Positions 28,133 through 38,938 of a stretch of 64,000 bases of DNA are shown here, one piece after another. The DNA is taken from assembly GCA_021813435.1 (NCBI GenBank), contig JAKAKR010000012.1, positions 9,982-73,981 on the forward strand. The letters run 5' to 3'. Below the pieces are notes generated by a model. It made no database searches. It saw only the letters and a list, made by a program, of their open reading frames with translations, and was not told the DNA's origin. Made by a program: the position numbers and the translations under genes. Within the stretch, counting starts at the first letter, position 1. Each line of letters begins with the position of its first letter. Source of the DNA: Nanobdellota archaeon. GTDB lineage: Archaea > Nanobdellota > Nanobdellia > Woesearchaeales > UBA9642.

Positions 28133-30052
28133 TTAGATATATACCATATGTTCTCTGCTTTTTATCCCGTAGATGATGACATAGGTCCAAAACAGCCTTT
28201 TCTTGCGCGTGATATGCACGGAGAATCCTGCGTCACGAAAAATCTTCTCGATGTACGCATCGTCCGAGAGCCATTTCACGTTCGGGATGACCCAGAAATA
28301 GTCGACGTACTCGACCATGCAGATCTTGCCGTTGCGGGGAAGGATCTTTGCAATGTCCCGGAGCACTTTGTGCACATCTTGGATATAGCTGAGTTGCCCG
28401 ACAGAGAATGCGACGTCGATATTCTTGACACTCGGGTGGACTCGGCTGATATGATGCTCATCATAGATCGGCTCGACATTCGTAAGGTTCCTGCGCGCAA
28501 GGCGTTTTTCAATGATTGCAATGTTTTTCTGGCTGATATCAGTTGCGTAGATCTTTCCGCCCGGTCCCACAATATCTGCAAGATGGAGTGTCAGTGTTCC
28601 AACCCCTGCGCCATAATCCAGTACGACCTTGTCCTTGAGGTCTGAAAAGTAGAGGAGCAATTCTTTGCGGAATGTCTTGGGAAAACTGATATTTTCGAAT
28701 AAGAGATCAAAGATTGCAAATGAGTCATTGACTTTCTTGATCCAGTCAGGATCATAATAGATCATGAGAAGCAGAAAGATTGGGATACCAAAAAGGATGA
28801 AACTCAGGCCCAGCCGGAACATGCCGAATGCATCCGGAGTCGAAAAGAGCCAGGCCACGACCGTAGTAGTATAGATGAGTGCAACAATGATGGGCCCGCT
28901 TTTTCCGAACCATACCTTGAATGGTCGGGGATGATTGGGTTTTTTGTAACGGAGCACCACCACTGCAAGAATGATTGAGATATACATGAGAAGTGCCATG
29001 GGTACGAGCAGTTCAAGAAGGTATTCGTATCGTCCGAACCCGAAAATGATGACTGCAATAAGTACCACGGTCTGGAAGATGATTGCCTTATAGGGCGTCT
29101 GGTAGCGGGGGTGGATGTCTTCGAGTTGCTCGATGAATAATTTGTCGCGTGCAAGCCCGAGAAGGAGTCGGGGACTGCCGATGAGTCCGCCTGCAGCTGA
29201 TCCGATAAGCGCGAGTGCAACACCCATATTGACAATGATTGCGACCTGCGGATTGAATAGAATGGCAGTCAAGTCAGAGAGTGGTGTTCCTGAATGCGCA
29301 AGGATATGCCAGGGGATAACGCCGAGCATGACAAATGCGAGCAGGATTCCGAGCAGTGAGACAAAGACTGATCCCCAAAGGAGTGCCTGCGGGATGACGT
29401 ATTCAGCATTCTTTGTTTCTTCAGCCATGAATGTCGCATTTTCCCATCCAAAGAATGTTTCGACAATAAAGAAGAGCGCGACAAAGAGTCCGAGAAATGG
29501 CGTCGTAAAGAACGGCGTATAGTTGGCATAGTTGATGTGCCCGAATCCAAAAACAATAATGGTCATAAGGACCACGATGATGATGATTGCAAAAATCCCA
29601 AGGATTGTCGAGATGCTGTCGGTCCCGAAATATGCAAAGGTGTTCAGGAGCACAACAATAGCGACTGCAAGAACAATCTTGAAGATCATGCCATATTCTT
29701 TCGGGATTAAATAATCGAGTGCTGCAACAATGAGCAGCGCATTCATGATATTGATGACGACCCAGGATGTCCATCCGATGAGAAACGCCAGAGGCCCCTT
29801 GCCATAAGCCTGTTTTGCAAATTCATAGACTCCTCCTGCGCTGGGAAACATTGCAGTCAATTCGCCAAAGCATGCACCGACATAGACAGTCATGATGCCG
29901 AGAAATATCCAGACGAGTATCGAGGCATTGCCTGCCTTGTCAGCCGCAAGTGCTGTCCCAAAAAACATCCCGGTTCCGATCATTGCAGTAATGGTTATTG
30001 CAAAGATTGTCCAGAATCCTAGTGTGCGTTTCAGCTCAGCCATTGTTTCCAT
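28133..30052 (-). CDS. APC-family amino acid permease fused to a C-terminal class I SAM-dependent methyltransferase domain.
   Basis: The N-terminal ~440 aa has 12 TM helices with the permease signature GTGMFF...GELTAMFPSAGGVYEF. The C-terminal ~190 aa carries MTase motif I (VLDYGAGVG) and the post-I acidic ATDIS. Confidence 0.65.
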   Translation of the reverse strand: METMAELKRTLGFWTIFAITITAMIGTGMFFGTALAADKAGNASILVWIFLGIMTVYVGACFGELTAMFPSAGGVYEFAKQAYGKGPLAFLIGWTSWVVINIMNALLIVAALDYLIPKEYGMIFKIVLAVAIVVLLNTFAYFGTDSISTILGIFAIIIIVVLMTIIVFGFGHINYANYTPFFTTPFLGLFVALFFIVETFFGWENATFMAEETKNAEYVIPQALLWGSVFVSLLGILLAFVMLGVIPWHILAHSGTPLSDLTAILFNPQVAIIVNMGVALALIGSAAGGLIGSPRLLLGLARDKLFIEQLEDIHPRYQTPYKAIIFQTVVLIAVIIFGFGRYEYLLELLVPMALLMYISIILAVVVLRYKKPNHPRPFKVWFGKSGPIIVALIYTTTVVAWLFSTPDAFGMFRLGLSFILFGIPIFLLLMIYYDPDWIKKVNDSFAIFDLLFENISFPKTFRKELLLYFSDLKDKVVLDYGAGVGTLTLHLADIVGPGGKIYATDISQKNIAIIEKRLARRNLTNVEPIYDEHHISRVHPSVKNIDVAFSVGQLSYIQDVHKVLRDIAKILPRNGKICMVEYVDYFWVIPNVKWLSDDAYIEKIFRDAGFSVHITRKKRLFWTYVIIYGIKSREHMVYI

Positions 30053-30166
30053 TGCAGCCCTGCGGCTGCGTTATATACGCATTGCAGTATAAATGCATTA
30101 AAAAGCTTCGTATTATTTCAAGAGTAGTGATAAATATTTTAATATCGGCACGACTCTGGTAAGGAA

Positions 30167-30469
30167 ATGAAGAAAATGACCAAGAAAAAAGTCCTGCACA
30201 AATCATTGCGCAAGGCGCATCGCGCGCGCCCTGCAACGCAATCGCGAAAATCATCTGCCCGCGCTGCAGCGCAATACAAGAAAGATCTCATGGACGTCAA
30301 TGTCGTAGAGAAGAATTATGATACACTCTTTGAGGAAAAGCTTGCGGCTGAATACCGCGAATTCCGCAACAACAAGGAACATGCCCTGCAGGCCCATAAA
30401 TTCTACCGCGCGCTCATCATTGTCGTTATCGTTATGCTTCTTGTCCTCTTGCTGCTCAGCTTTGGATAG
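30167..30469 (+). CDS. Small basic protein with a C-terminal TM anchor.
   Basis: A 100 aa ORF with a Lys/Arg-rich N-terminus and a hydrophobic C-terminus. Confidence 0.3.
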   Translation: MKKMTKKKVLHKSLRKAHRARPATQSRKSSARAAAQYKKDLMDVNVVEKNYDTLFEEKLAAEYREFRNNKEHALQAHKFYRALIIVVIVMLLVLLLLSFG

Positions 30470-30546
30470 ACGCTGCAATGCATCTTAGCAGTAGAGAAAG
30501 TAGAAAGGCATGCGGGTACGCAGGATAACGTCGAGAAGAGAGAATT

Positions 30547-30984
30547 CTAAAGCAGGTAGATTCCCGCAGCCACAATTATTCCGAGCAATATTCCTGCCAT
30601 GACCTGGAGGAGTGTATGCCCGTAGACGACAGTTAAGGGCTTCTCCTTTGCTTTCTTGAGAAGTTTATTCAATGCATCGCCCTGCAGGCCAACCTGGTAG
30701 CGGAGCCGGAATGCATCACTGATGATGATGAGGGAAAAGACGAGGGCAACAAAAAAGAGTGGGGAGAATCCTTCAGCAAAATATATTGCGGCAGTGATTG
30801 CGCTCACGACTGTGGAATGGCTCGAGGGCATCCCGCCGTTATGGAATCCATCCCTGATATCAGGATTTTTCTTCTGCGTAAGTGCAGTGAGGATGGTCTT
30901 GATGATAATAGAGAGTATCCATGCACTGGCAAATGCCACAAAAAGATAATTAAGCAAAAAACCCTGGAAGACGTTCATATCCAT
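30547..30984 (-). CDS. Divergent PAP2-family membrane protein (DUF212-like acid phosphatase/haloperoxidase-related).
   Basis: The GGMPSSHS motif is present. Length is 145 aa with 4 TM helices. Confidence 0.6.
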   Translation of the reverse strand: MDMNVFQGFLLNYLFVAFASAWILSIIIKTILTALTQKKNPDIRDGFHNGGMPSSHSTVVSAITAAIYFAEGFSPLFFVALVFSLIIISDAFRLRYQVGLQGDALNKLLKKAKEKPLTVVYGHTLLQVMAGILLGIIVAAGIYLL

Positions 30985-31059
30985 AACACTGCTGTGGAAT
31001 TTATAAATTTATTCCCTGAGCTATTCCCTCATCGATTCCGGTATAGCTATGTCGGCGTA

Positions 31060-31422
31060 TTATAATGTGCTCGGTAGTGTTGCCGCAACATGTATCCCTG
31101 TCGCGACAAGCCCGGTCAAAAACAGCAGTGCCATGACAATAAAGAAAAGGTAGAGGATTGTCCAGAAAAACCCCAGGATAATTCCTGCGATTGCAAGACC
31201 GCGCCCGGATTCAGCAGTCCGTGTCATCTGATTGAGCGCTACAAAGCCGAATACAATGGCGACAATGGATGCAAAAGGGACAAAGAAGAATAACCCGAAT
31301 ATGAATGAGAGCACTGCAAGAATATTGGTCTCATGAGTCGTATGATGGATTGCTGCCGCATGCGTAGTGGCGCGTGCAGCCAGGGATGCATTTGTGTGTG
31401 ATCGCGTCCTTGTTTTCTTCAT
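31060..31422 (-). CDS. DUF4190-like small membrane protein.
   Basis: GRGLAIAGIILGFF motif with two hydrophobic hairpins. Confidence 0.45.
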   Translation of the reverse strand: MKKTRTRSHTNASLAARATTHAAAIHHTTHETNILAVLSFIFGLFFFVPFASIVAIVFGFVALNQMTRTAESGRGLAIAGIILGFFWTILYLFFIVMALLFLTGLVATGIHVAATLPSTL

Positions 31423-31452
31423 ATTGTTACCCGCTCAACAATCTTCTCTTCA

Positions 31453-31531
31453 ATAAATAACTGATTTGAATAACGGATTGCAGTAACTGATTGCAGTAAC
31501 TGATTGCAGTAACCGATTTCAGTAACTGATA
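31453..31531. repeat. Tandem array of a 13-bp unit (GATTGCAGTAACT), three perfect copies plus ~3 degenerate copies.
   Basis: The sequence reads gatttgaataacg gattgcagtaact gattgcagtaact gattgcagtaacc gatttcagtaact gatactacggcag. It lies in the intergenic region upstream of lonB. Confidence 0.7.
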
Positions 31532-31618
31532 CTACGGCAGAGATAATTAACAAATTATTTAAATCTTCCCTTTCTCCAAGAGTATACCAATACATTTATA
31601 ATATACCCATCATTCAGG

Positions 31619-33682
31619 ATGGTTACATCGTGGGGGACCATGGCAAAAAAAGTAATACCAAAAAAGCGTAGCGTAACGCATGCCGCACGTACTGCAAGAA
31701 GTACAGCCAAAAAGGCTGCGCGCAACGTAAAAAAGGACAAGAATGTCCGTACGGTAAAGAGTAAGGACCGCGATTCCAAAGAGGCGGCAAAGACTCCTGT
31801 TCTAGATCTCAAGAATCTGAAGTATACTACGACCCAGGATATCCCTATTGCAACGCGCATGGTCGACCAGGTCATTGGCCAGGAAGATGCAGTCGAAGTC
31901 ATCAAGAAAGCAGCGCAGCAGCGCAGGCATGTCCTACTCATCGGAGAGCCAGGCACAGGTAAAAGTATGCTGGGCATGGCGCTTGCAGAATTATTGCCCA
32001 AGGAAAAACTTGTCGATGTCCTTGCACTCCCGAACCCGAATGATGAGAACCAGCCGCTCATCCGCACTATCGAATCAGGAAAGGGCCGCGAGGTTATCGC
32101 AAAAGCGCGGGTCGAGCATGCATCAGCATTCAAGACGCAAAATATCATCATATTCATCCTTGCAATCCTTGCACTGGTCGCGCCCTGGTGGATCCGCGAT
32201 TATTACAAGTCAGATATCATGTTTGCAGCATTCTTTCTTGGCGGCATGATGTTTCTTGGCGCATTTGTCATGTTTTTGAATTTAGGAAAAAAGATGATCA
32301 ACAGCGACGGCGGAGTGCCCAAGCTTGTGGTTGATAATTTTGACAAGAAGAATGTCCCATTCTATGATGCGACTGGCGCGCATGCCGGAGCGCTGCTCGG
32401 CGATGTCCTGCATGATCCCTTCCAATCCGGAGGGCTCGGCACACCTGCAAATGAACGTGTGGTTGCAGGAATGATCCACAAGGCGCACATGGGAGTCCTT
32501 TTTATCGACGAGATTTCAACCCTTGAGCCGGCAACGCAGCAGGATCTTTTGACTGCACTCCAGGAAGGAAAATATCCTATTACTGGCCAGAGCGAGCGAA
32601 GCGCTGGCGCAATGGTGCGAACCGAACCAGTCCCCTGCACATTCATCCTTGTCGCTGCAGGAAATATTGAGACAGTCCAGCATATGCATCCTGCACTCCG
32701 CTCCAGAATCCGCGGATACGGTTATGAAGTGTACATGCATGAGACCATGGTTGATACTCCGGAAAACCGCAACAAGATCGCAGTCTTTGTTGCGCAGGAA
32801 GTGATCAAGGATAAGAAGATCCCGCATTTCACCAAAGAGGCAGTAGAGTATATTATTGAAGAGGCGCGCCGCAAGGCAAACCGGAAAGGACACCTCTCGC
32901 TCATGTTCCGCGATCTTGGCGGACTCATCCGCGCTGCAGGCGATGTTGCGCGCGAATACCAGGCAGAATTCGTCAGCAAGGACCATATCGTGCAGGCGCG
33001 AAAGATTGCGCGACCATTAGAACAGCAGATCTCAGACAAGTTCATTGAACGCAAAAAGGAGTATGAAGTCATTGTCGTGACCGGCAAGAAGATCGGGCGC
33101 GTGAACGGGCTTGCAGTCATCGGCGCAGGAATCAATTATTCCGGAATCGTTCTGCCTATCGAAGCAGAGGTCACGCCAGGCGGCAAGGAAAGCGAAATCA
33201 TCGCGACCGGAAAATTAGGAGAGATTGCAAAAGAGGCAATCAAGAATGTTTCTGCAATCATCAAGAAATATTTCGGCGAGGACATCAAGGAGACCAAGGA
33301 TGTCTATGTCCAGTTCCTGCAGACCTATGAAGGTGTCGAGGGCGACAGTGCATCCATTGCCGTTGCAACAACCATCATCTCTGCATTAAAGAAGATCCCC
33401 ATCAAGCAGGATTATGCCATGACGGGCTCATTGTCAGTGCGCGGCGAAGTACTGCCCATCGGCGGGGTATCTGCAAAGATCGAGGCTGCAATCGCGGCAG
33501 GCATCAAGAATGTGATTGTCCCCAAGAGCAATGTGAAGGATATCATTATCGATGCTGAAAAGCTTGCACACATCACGGTTATCCCGGTCGAGAATATCAC
33601 TGAAGTTCTCAAGGAAGTTCTGGACTGGAATGAACACCACGATGTTCTTAAGAAGATCGAGCAGGTCAACCGCAAGGGATAA
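31619..33682 (+). CDS. lonB: Archaeal membrane-bound Lon protease (LonB) with a basic N-terminal extension.
   Basis: Walker [14 protein letters not shown] insertion [15 protein letters not shown]...[14 protein letters not shown], and Ser-Lys protease domain GDSASIA. An alternative ATG is at 31640. Confidence 0.85.
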   Translation: MVTSWGTMAKKVIPKKRSVTHAARTARSTAKKAARNVKKDKNVRTVKSKDRDSKEAAKTPVLDLKNLKYTTTQDIPIATRMVDQVIGQEDAVEVIKKAAQQRRHVLLIGEPGTGKSMLGMALAELLPKEKLVDVLALPNPNDENQPLIRTIESGKGREVIAKARVEHASAFKTQNIIIFILAILALVAPWWIRDYYKSDIMFAAFFLGGMMFLGAFVMFLNLGKKMINSDGGVPKLVVDNFDKKNVPFYDATGAHAGALLGDVLHDPFQSGGLGTPANERVVAGMIHKAHMGVLFIDEISTLEPATQQDLLTALQEGKYPITGQSERSAGAMVRTEPVPCTFILVAAGNIETVQHMHPALRSRIRGYGYEVYMHETMVDTPENRNKIAVFVAQEVIKDKKIPHFTKEAVEYIIEEARRKANRKGHLSLMFRDLGGLIRAAGDVAREYQAEFVSKDHIVQARKIARPLEQQISDKFIERKKEYEVIVVTGKKIGRVNGLAVIGAGINYSGIVLPIEAEVTPGGKESEIIATGKLGEIAKEAIKNVSAIIKKYFGEDIKETKDVYVQFLQTYEGVEGDSASIAVATTIISALKKIPIKQDYAMTGSLSVRGEVLPIGGVSAKIEAAIAAGIKNVIVPKSNVKDIIIDAEKLAHITVIPVENITEVLKEVLDWNEHHDVLKKIEQVNRKG

Positions 33683-33721
33683 GAAGTCTACGCGCAGGAT
33701 CACCAGTGAATCCTGAATCAA

Positions 33722-35230
33722 TTATTGGATCGCATACACCTTGTTTTTCTCATAATACTCTTTTGCATAATCGAGTGATTGCTCATTGTTTGCGTAGAGT
33801 GTCACAAGCGCATCGCCGACCTGCACAATATCGCCGACCTTCTTATGCAGGTATACTCCTGCCTCCTTGGTCTTGGGAGCGCCGCAGAATCGCGCCATGC
33901 GCGAGATATCATGGTTATTGATTGCGCGCACTACACCCTTGCGCTGCGCAGTGAATGTGTGATGGAATTTTGCAAGTTGCGGCAATTTCTTTTTGCCCTG
34001 CGCTGCGATGATGTCCATGAATTTCTCATAAGCCCTTCCGGATTGCAATAATTCAACAACAGCCTGCTGCGCCTTCTTCCGGTTTCCGAGATGCATTGCA
34101 AGAAGCTCTGTTGCCATAAGTATTGTCTTTGCACGCAGATCTTTTGGTGCATCAATATCATTGCGCAAAACTTTAAGGACATCAATTGCCTCAAGGAGCG
34201 GTCCAACCCCGTTGCCGATGGGCGATGAACCATCAGTAAGAATGATCTTGATATTCATGCCGAGCGCCCGTCCAATGGTCGTGAACTGCTTGCGCAAAAG
34301 CCGCGCGCGCGACCAGGTCTTAACCTTTGCATGTTCTGCAACCGGGATATCGATCAGGATATCGGTCGAACCTACAGAGAATTTTTTTGCAAGAATGCTT
34401 GCAAGCATGAGCCCGTCAGTGTCAATGCTTAAGGGATGCTCGATGCGCAGGATCTTGTCATCTGCGGGCGCAAGATTCAATGCCCCGCCCCAGACAATGC
34501 AGGCATTGGTCGACTGGACAACCTGCTGCAATTTTTCTGCAGAAAGCGAAACCTCTGCAAGCACTTCCATGGTGTCTGCAGTTCCTGCAGGACTCGTGAT
34601 TGCGCGTGATGAAGTCTTGGGGATCTTGAGACCGTATGCCGCAATGATGGGGATGACGCACATCGTCGTCCTGTTCCCTGCGACCCCGCCGACACAATGC
34701 TTATCATAGATGTGTTCCTGCGGCGATGCGCGAAGATCAAGTTTTTCTCCTGTCTCGACAATGGCGCGCGTAAGCGCGATGACTTCACTTGTCGAGAGCC
34801 CATGCGCGTAGCATGCTGAGACAAAATAAGTCATCTCAATACTCGTGATCCGTCCCTTTACGATATCCTCGATGATTGTTGCAATCTCAGTTGCAGTGAG
34901 CGTTCTGCCATTCAATTTTCCCTTGATATAGGAGAGTGATACTGGACTATCCTCGCGGGATATCTGTACACGCATGCCTTCTTTAATCCCGAGAAGTGCT
35001 GAAACTTCTTCCATCAATGCAATAGTGTCCTTGCGCAATTTCTTGTTGTCATAGAAATCGACTACTGCAATCACTTCGCGCCCATTCTTGGGATTAGTGA
35101 CCTTTACACGTTCACCAAGGTGAAAGTCGAGTTCAGCGCAAGCCTCGCGATTCAGGACAACAACAGGCACTACACCTGTTGCAATAGGTATGGTCTTGAC
35201 CTTGAAATCCATCATATCACTCCATAACAT
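33722..35230 (-). CDS. AMP phosphorylase (archaeal DeoA-type thymidine phosphorylase family with an N-terminal extension).
   Basis: A 502 aa ORF with the glycosyl-transferase family 3 core and an ~80 aa N-terminal domain typical of AMPpase. It ends ...YEKNKVYAIQ. Confidence 0.7.
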   Translation of the reverse strand: MLWSDMMDFKVKTIPIATGVVPVVVLNREACAELDFHLGERVKVTNPKNGREVIAVVDFYDNKKLRKDTIALMEEVSALLGIKEGMRVQISREDSPVSLSYIKGKLNGRTLTATEIATIIEDIVKGRITSIEMTYFVSACYAHGLSTSEVIALTRAIVETGEKLDLRASPQEHIYDKHCVGGVAGNRTTMCVIPIIAAYGLKIPKTSSRAITSPAGTADTMEVLAEVSLSAEKLQQVVQSTNACIVWGGALNLAPADDKILRIEHPLSIDTDGLMLASILAKKFSVGSTDILIDIPVAEHAKVKTWSRARLLRKQFTTIGRALGMNIKIILTDGSSPIGNGVGPLLEAIDVLKVLRNDIDAPKDLRAKTILMATELLAMHLGNRKKAQQAVVELLQSGRAYEKFMDIIAAQGKKKLPQLAKFHHTFTAQRKGVVRAINNHDISRMARFCGAPKTKEAGVYLHKKVGDIVQVGDALVTLYANNEQSLDYAKEYYEKNKVYAIQ

Positions 35231-35303
35231 ATCACTCTATAATATATCACTCTATATATCACTCTATAACATTCTATTTCACAACATATTCCACAAAAAT
35301 TAA

Positions 35304-36599
35304 TTATAAATCTATCTCGTGACCTACCGCAGGACCATAGGTACGGTATCCCTCCTGTTCAGCCCAGGTGCAAAGATTATTGACTGCATCCTCATCACCA
35401 TGCTGGAAGATGACGATCTTTGGCTTGAGGAGATTGACAAATGTTTTGAGTTCTGCATCATCAGAGTGGCCGGAAAAATCAAATTTTTCGACAGCGCAGC
35501 GCACAGTGGTCTTCCATCCCTTCAGGTAGAGATAGCCTTCATCGACGAGCGTGCGCCCATTCGTGCGTTTGCATTGGAATCCGGTGAGAAATATCGCATT
35601 ATTGGGATCGCCCCAGATATTCTCGATATATTCCATGACCGGGCCGCCCTGGACCATTCCTGAGGTGGTGATGAATATCGCGCGCTGGTTCATGATCTTT
35701 TGCCGCTGCTGCTCTTGGCGAACAAGAGTAACCTTGCGAAACATCTGGCGAAGCGTTGCTGTTCCTGTAAGATAAGAAGGATCTTTTTTGAGGATGATAT
35801 CAGTCATATCAACGCACATCCCGTCAAAATAGATGGGAACATTCCATTTGCGTTTTGCAAGGATGATAAGGATTTCCTGCGCGCGTCCAAGACTAAAGAC
35901 CGGGATGACGACTGCGCCCTGCTGCGTGACCTCTGCAACGCGGTCCAGAAAGTGTTCTTCGAGTGGCGCGCGTTCGGGAAGCGTCTTATCGCCATACGTG
36001 CTTTCACTGATGAGGATATCAATATCTTTAAGATCGCCATTGGTAAGGTATTTTTGTGATGAATCACGCGCGCCAGTCATGAGTTTTGTGGTCGAGAGTT
36101 TGAAGTCCCCGGTATACAATATTTTCTTTCCTTCTGTCTTTATGAGAATCATCGCGCTCCCCGGGATATGCCCTGCGTTCAGGAATTTGAATGTGATCCC
36201 CTGCGCAGTATATTCCTTGTCGAAATTGACAATGTTTGTTGCCGCATATACCTTCTTGAGGTCAGGCTTCTGGTAGGCCGGGTGCAAGTGCTTGATGCGC
36301 GCGATCTTATAAGAATCCTTGAGAAGTATTTTAGTGAGTTCACGGGTCTGCTGAGTGCAATAGATTGGGCAGATAAGATTAAAATGTTCAAAGAGCGGGA
36401 GTGAACCGGTATGGTCCAGATGGGCGTGGCTGAGGAATAATCCGTCGATGTGGGGCAGATCAAAGACCTTGAACGGCGCCTCAAACCCGTGTTCCTTGAA
36501 TTTGAGTCCTGCATCGAGAAGATAACGATTCCCATTCGTAATTAACTCAATACAACTCTTTCCCACCTCTTTTGCTCCACCATGAAAAATAAATTTCAT
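35304..36599 (-). CDS. Metallo-beta-lactamase-fold beta-CASP family nuclease (aCPSF/RNase J-like).
   Basis: The HAHLDHTG (HxHxDH) motif is present with a beta-CASP-length C-terminal region. The start was set at the MKFIFHGG ATG at 36599. Confidence 0.55.
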   Translation of the reverse strand: MKFIFHGGAKEVGKSCIELITNGNRYLLDAGLKFKEHGFEAPFKVFDLPHIDGLFLSHAHLDHTGSLPLFEHFNLICPIYCTQQTRELTKILLKDSYKIARIKHLHPAYQKPDLKKVYAATNIVNFDKEYTAQGITFKFLNAGHIPGSAMILIKTEGKKILYTGDFKLSTTKLMTGARDSSQKYLTNGDLKDIDILISESTYGDKTLPERAPLEEHFLDRVAEVTQQGAVVIPVFSLGRAQEILIILAKRKWNVPIYFDGMCVDMTDIILKKDPSYLTGTATLRQMFRKVTLVRQEQQRQKIMNQRAIFITTSGMVQGGPVMEYIENIWGDPNNAIFLTGFQCKRTNGRTLVDEGYLYLKGWKTTVRCAVEKFDFSGHSDDAELKTFVNLLKPKIVIFQHGDEDAVNNLCTWAEQEGYRTYGPAVGHEIDL

Positions 36600-36742
36600 G
36601 AATATCAGATAAACTGCAAGATAAAGCATATATAAAGTTTATTAATTTACTGGACTCCTTTCAAAAAGTCGTTTTTGTGGTCATCATCATAGCGCAATCC
36701 GCGCCTCGCGGATAGAACTTCTCTAGAACAGTAGGGCAATCA

Positions 36743-37216
36743 TTATCTTTGGAAGAATACACCAGAATTGACGTGAAACTCTGGTCGATCCTTAAACCGC
36801 TGTGCTGCGGGCGTATTGGGGAATGGGATAATATAGGTTAATGTTGCGCAGGAAAATCCTTTCTCAGTAAAATCTTTCTTGAACTTGATGTATCCCATGT
36901 CAACAGAGGGTAGTGGGCAGGCAGTGTAAATAAAATTCTGGATTTCGTATGATTCATGCAATTCGTGATCTGTAAGTTCTGCAAAAATCAGTGCGAGAAG
37001 CACATTCATGCCCGCAATACTTTTCTTCGGATTCTTGGATACTGCAAGGATATACTCATTATCGATCATATCAGTGTAAAGGTTTTTTGGATTGCGCAAG
37101 GGCATATTCCAGCGATCAAATGGTTTTTTGAAAGATTCTACACTCTGAACAAGGGGATGGGCTGAAACAATGCTTGCGATTGAATCCAATTCTTTGCTCT
37201 CCATGGGATGCTCCAA
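36743..37216 (-). CDS. Hypothetical protein.
   Basis: A 157 aa ORF. Confidence 0.3.
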   Translation of the reverse strand: MEHPMESKELDSIASIVSAHPLVQSVESFKKPFDRWNMPLRNPKNLYTDMIDNEYILAVSKNPKKSIAGMNVLLALIFAELTDHELHESYEIQNFIYTACPLPSVDMGYIKFKKDFTEKGFSCATLTYIIPFPNTPAAQRFKDRPEFHVNSGVFFQR

Positions 37217-37300
37217 GTCTTGCCGTAGAGTTATACATCATGGTCATACCGATAGTGATATAACATAAAAAGATAAAAAAATGAAAAGTAAAAATAGTGC

Positions 37301-38701
37301 TCAGAATACAAATTTGACGAGCAGCACAATGATGAATGCAAGCAGGATCACTGCTGCAACAACAAGCAGTACAAGATATGCCGGACTGTCAAAGAGTGAT
37401 TTGGATCCATAGACCGGTGCACTTACACCTTCAGGATAGGAAACCGGTGCTGCTGTCTGGACGCATTGTCCTGCCTGGCATTGGTATCCTGTTCCGCAGG
37501 AGGTAACTGCACTGAGTGTTCCTGTCGCGCTGCAGCGCTGATAGCTTGTACCCGAGACGCAGAATTGCTGCCCATAATTAGTGCATTGCGCATTCGGGTT
37601 ATTGTTTGAATTGTCATTGCCGCATGCTGCTACAGTCACAGGGATTATTGCAGTGCCGCTGTCTGAGCTGGAGTCATAATACGTACTTACAAGGATATTG
37701 TATTGTCCGGGCTTTACAGTGCTTGGGACCTGGAATGAGTAAGTCTTTCTCCAGATGCTGTCAGTGTCGAGGCTGATTCCTGCAAAATCCTGGTTGAGGA
37801 GGAAATCATTGCTGAGGAGATTGACCCGCATCTTGTTTTCATTATGCGCGCCAGTGTTTTTGACATTGAGATTCACTGTCACAGTGCGATCGCAGGATAC
37901 AGTTGAAGGCATAGCAGTTGCGGATTGGACAGTGAGTTCATGGGATTCACGCTTGACATCGATATCAAATGAATAACTCCCGCCATGGGTTGCACCATTC
38001 TCATCACGTCCACGTAAAGTGACATCGACATGGTATGTGTCAGTATTGATATCAGAAGGGACGCTAAAGGAGAAATCTGCAGTGTCCTTGTCACCGTAGC
38101 GCAGATCACTAAAGTCAAGGCTTTCATCAATATCAAGATCGCCATTGTAGACATCAGCAGTGATGTCCCGCATGCGTACATCGCTGGAATATTCGTTGCG
38201 CACAGTTATCGTAACCTTAACCTTGTCTCCGGGCTTTGCCTTGAATGTTCCGCCAGTACTGATTGATTTTGAACTGTCTGTGGTCTCCAGATAGATCTTT
38301 GAGACATCAAGATTGTTCTGCGCAGTCATGTAGATGTTTGCAATGCGCGTGATGCCGTTCAGGTTCGTGGTGGCAGTGATTGTTCCGATATTAGTCTTTC
38401 CTGCATTGGCAGAGAGCGGGACATAGATACTCATCAGAACATCAGTTGCAGCTCCTGGTGCAAGCGTGACTGTTGCAGGCGAGAATGTGACGCGATAATC
38501 AGGACCTAAGGTTGTGGAGAGTGTAACAGTCATTGATTGGTTCTGATCATTTGCGATATGGACTGTTGCAGTCGTAGTCTGTCCGCGCTGCTGGGTGTTT
38601 GATCCCACAGAAACATCAGTGATGCTGAATGCAGCGACAGTAGTTGCAGTAAGCATGAATGCTACTGCAAAAAGCATTAAAGCGAAAAGCAGTTTTCTCA
38701 T
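37301..38701 (-). CDS. Secreted cell-surface protein with a signal peptide, a Cys-rich C-terminal region and a C-terminal TM anchor.
   Basis: Signal peptide MRKLLFALMLFAVAFMLTATTVAA. It has repeated beta-rich segments, eight Cys near the C-terminus and a terminal hydrophobic helix. Confidence 0.5.
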   Translation of the reverse strand: MRKLLFALMLFAVAFMLTATTVAAFSITDVSVGSNTQQRGQTTTATVHIANDQNQSMTVTLSTTLGPDYRVTFSPATVTLAPGAATDVLMSIYVPLSANAGKTNIGTITATTNLNGITRIANIYMTAQNNLDVSKIYLETTDSSKSISTGGTFKAKPGDKVKVTITVRNEYSSDVRMRDITADVYNGDLDIDESLDFSDLRYGDKDTADFSFSVPSDINTDTYHVDVTLRGRDENGATHGGSYSFDIDVKRESHELTVQSATAMPSTVSCDRTVTVNLNVKNTGAHNENKMRVNLLSNDFLLNQDFAGISLDTDSIWRKTYSFQVPSTVKPGQYNILVSTYYDSSSDSGTAIIPVTVAACGNDNSNNNPNAQCTNYGQQFCVSGTSYQRCSATGTLSAVTSCGTGYQCQAGQCVQTAAPVSYPEGVSAPVYGSKSLFDSPAYLVLLVVAAVILLAFIIVLLVKFVF

Positions 38702-38938
38702 TGTGTATACCCCCGGTCGTTGATGAAAGCATCGATATACAATCATCACATAAAAATCATTAAGTTGTTACTACGGAGTGATTTCTCATTTATAAAGTTT
38801 ATGGTTTAGGGGACTTTGCACAATATACCGCAGACAGGATACCATAAGATAGAATACGCATCAGTAGCAGTCTTCGCGCAATACTCCACAGTGTATATAC
38901 AGATAATATGCAAAGGGGTTGCCTGCGTCTCAAAGAAA

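Noticed and set aside
31453-31531. Possible CRISPR array.
   Set aside because: The 13-bp units are directly abutting with no spacers and are far too short, so this is a simple tandem repeat. No CRISPR-like repeat-spacer arrays or cas genes were seen anywhere in the window.
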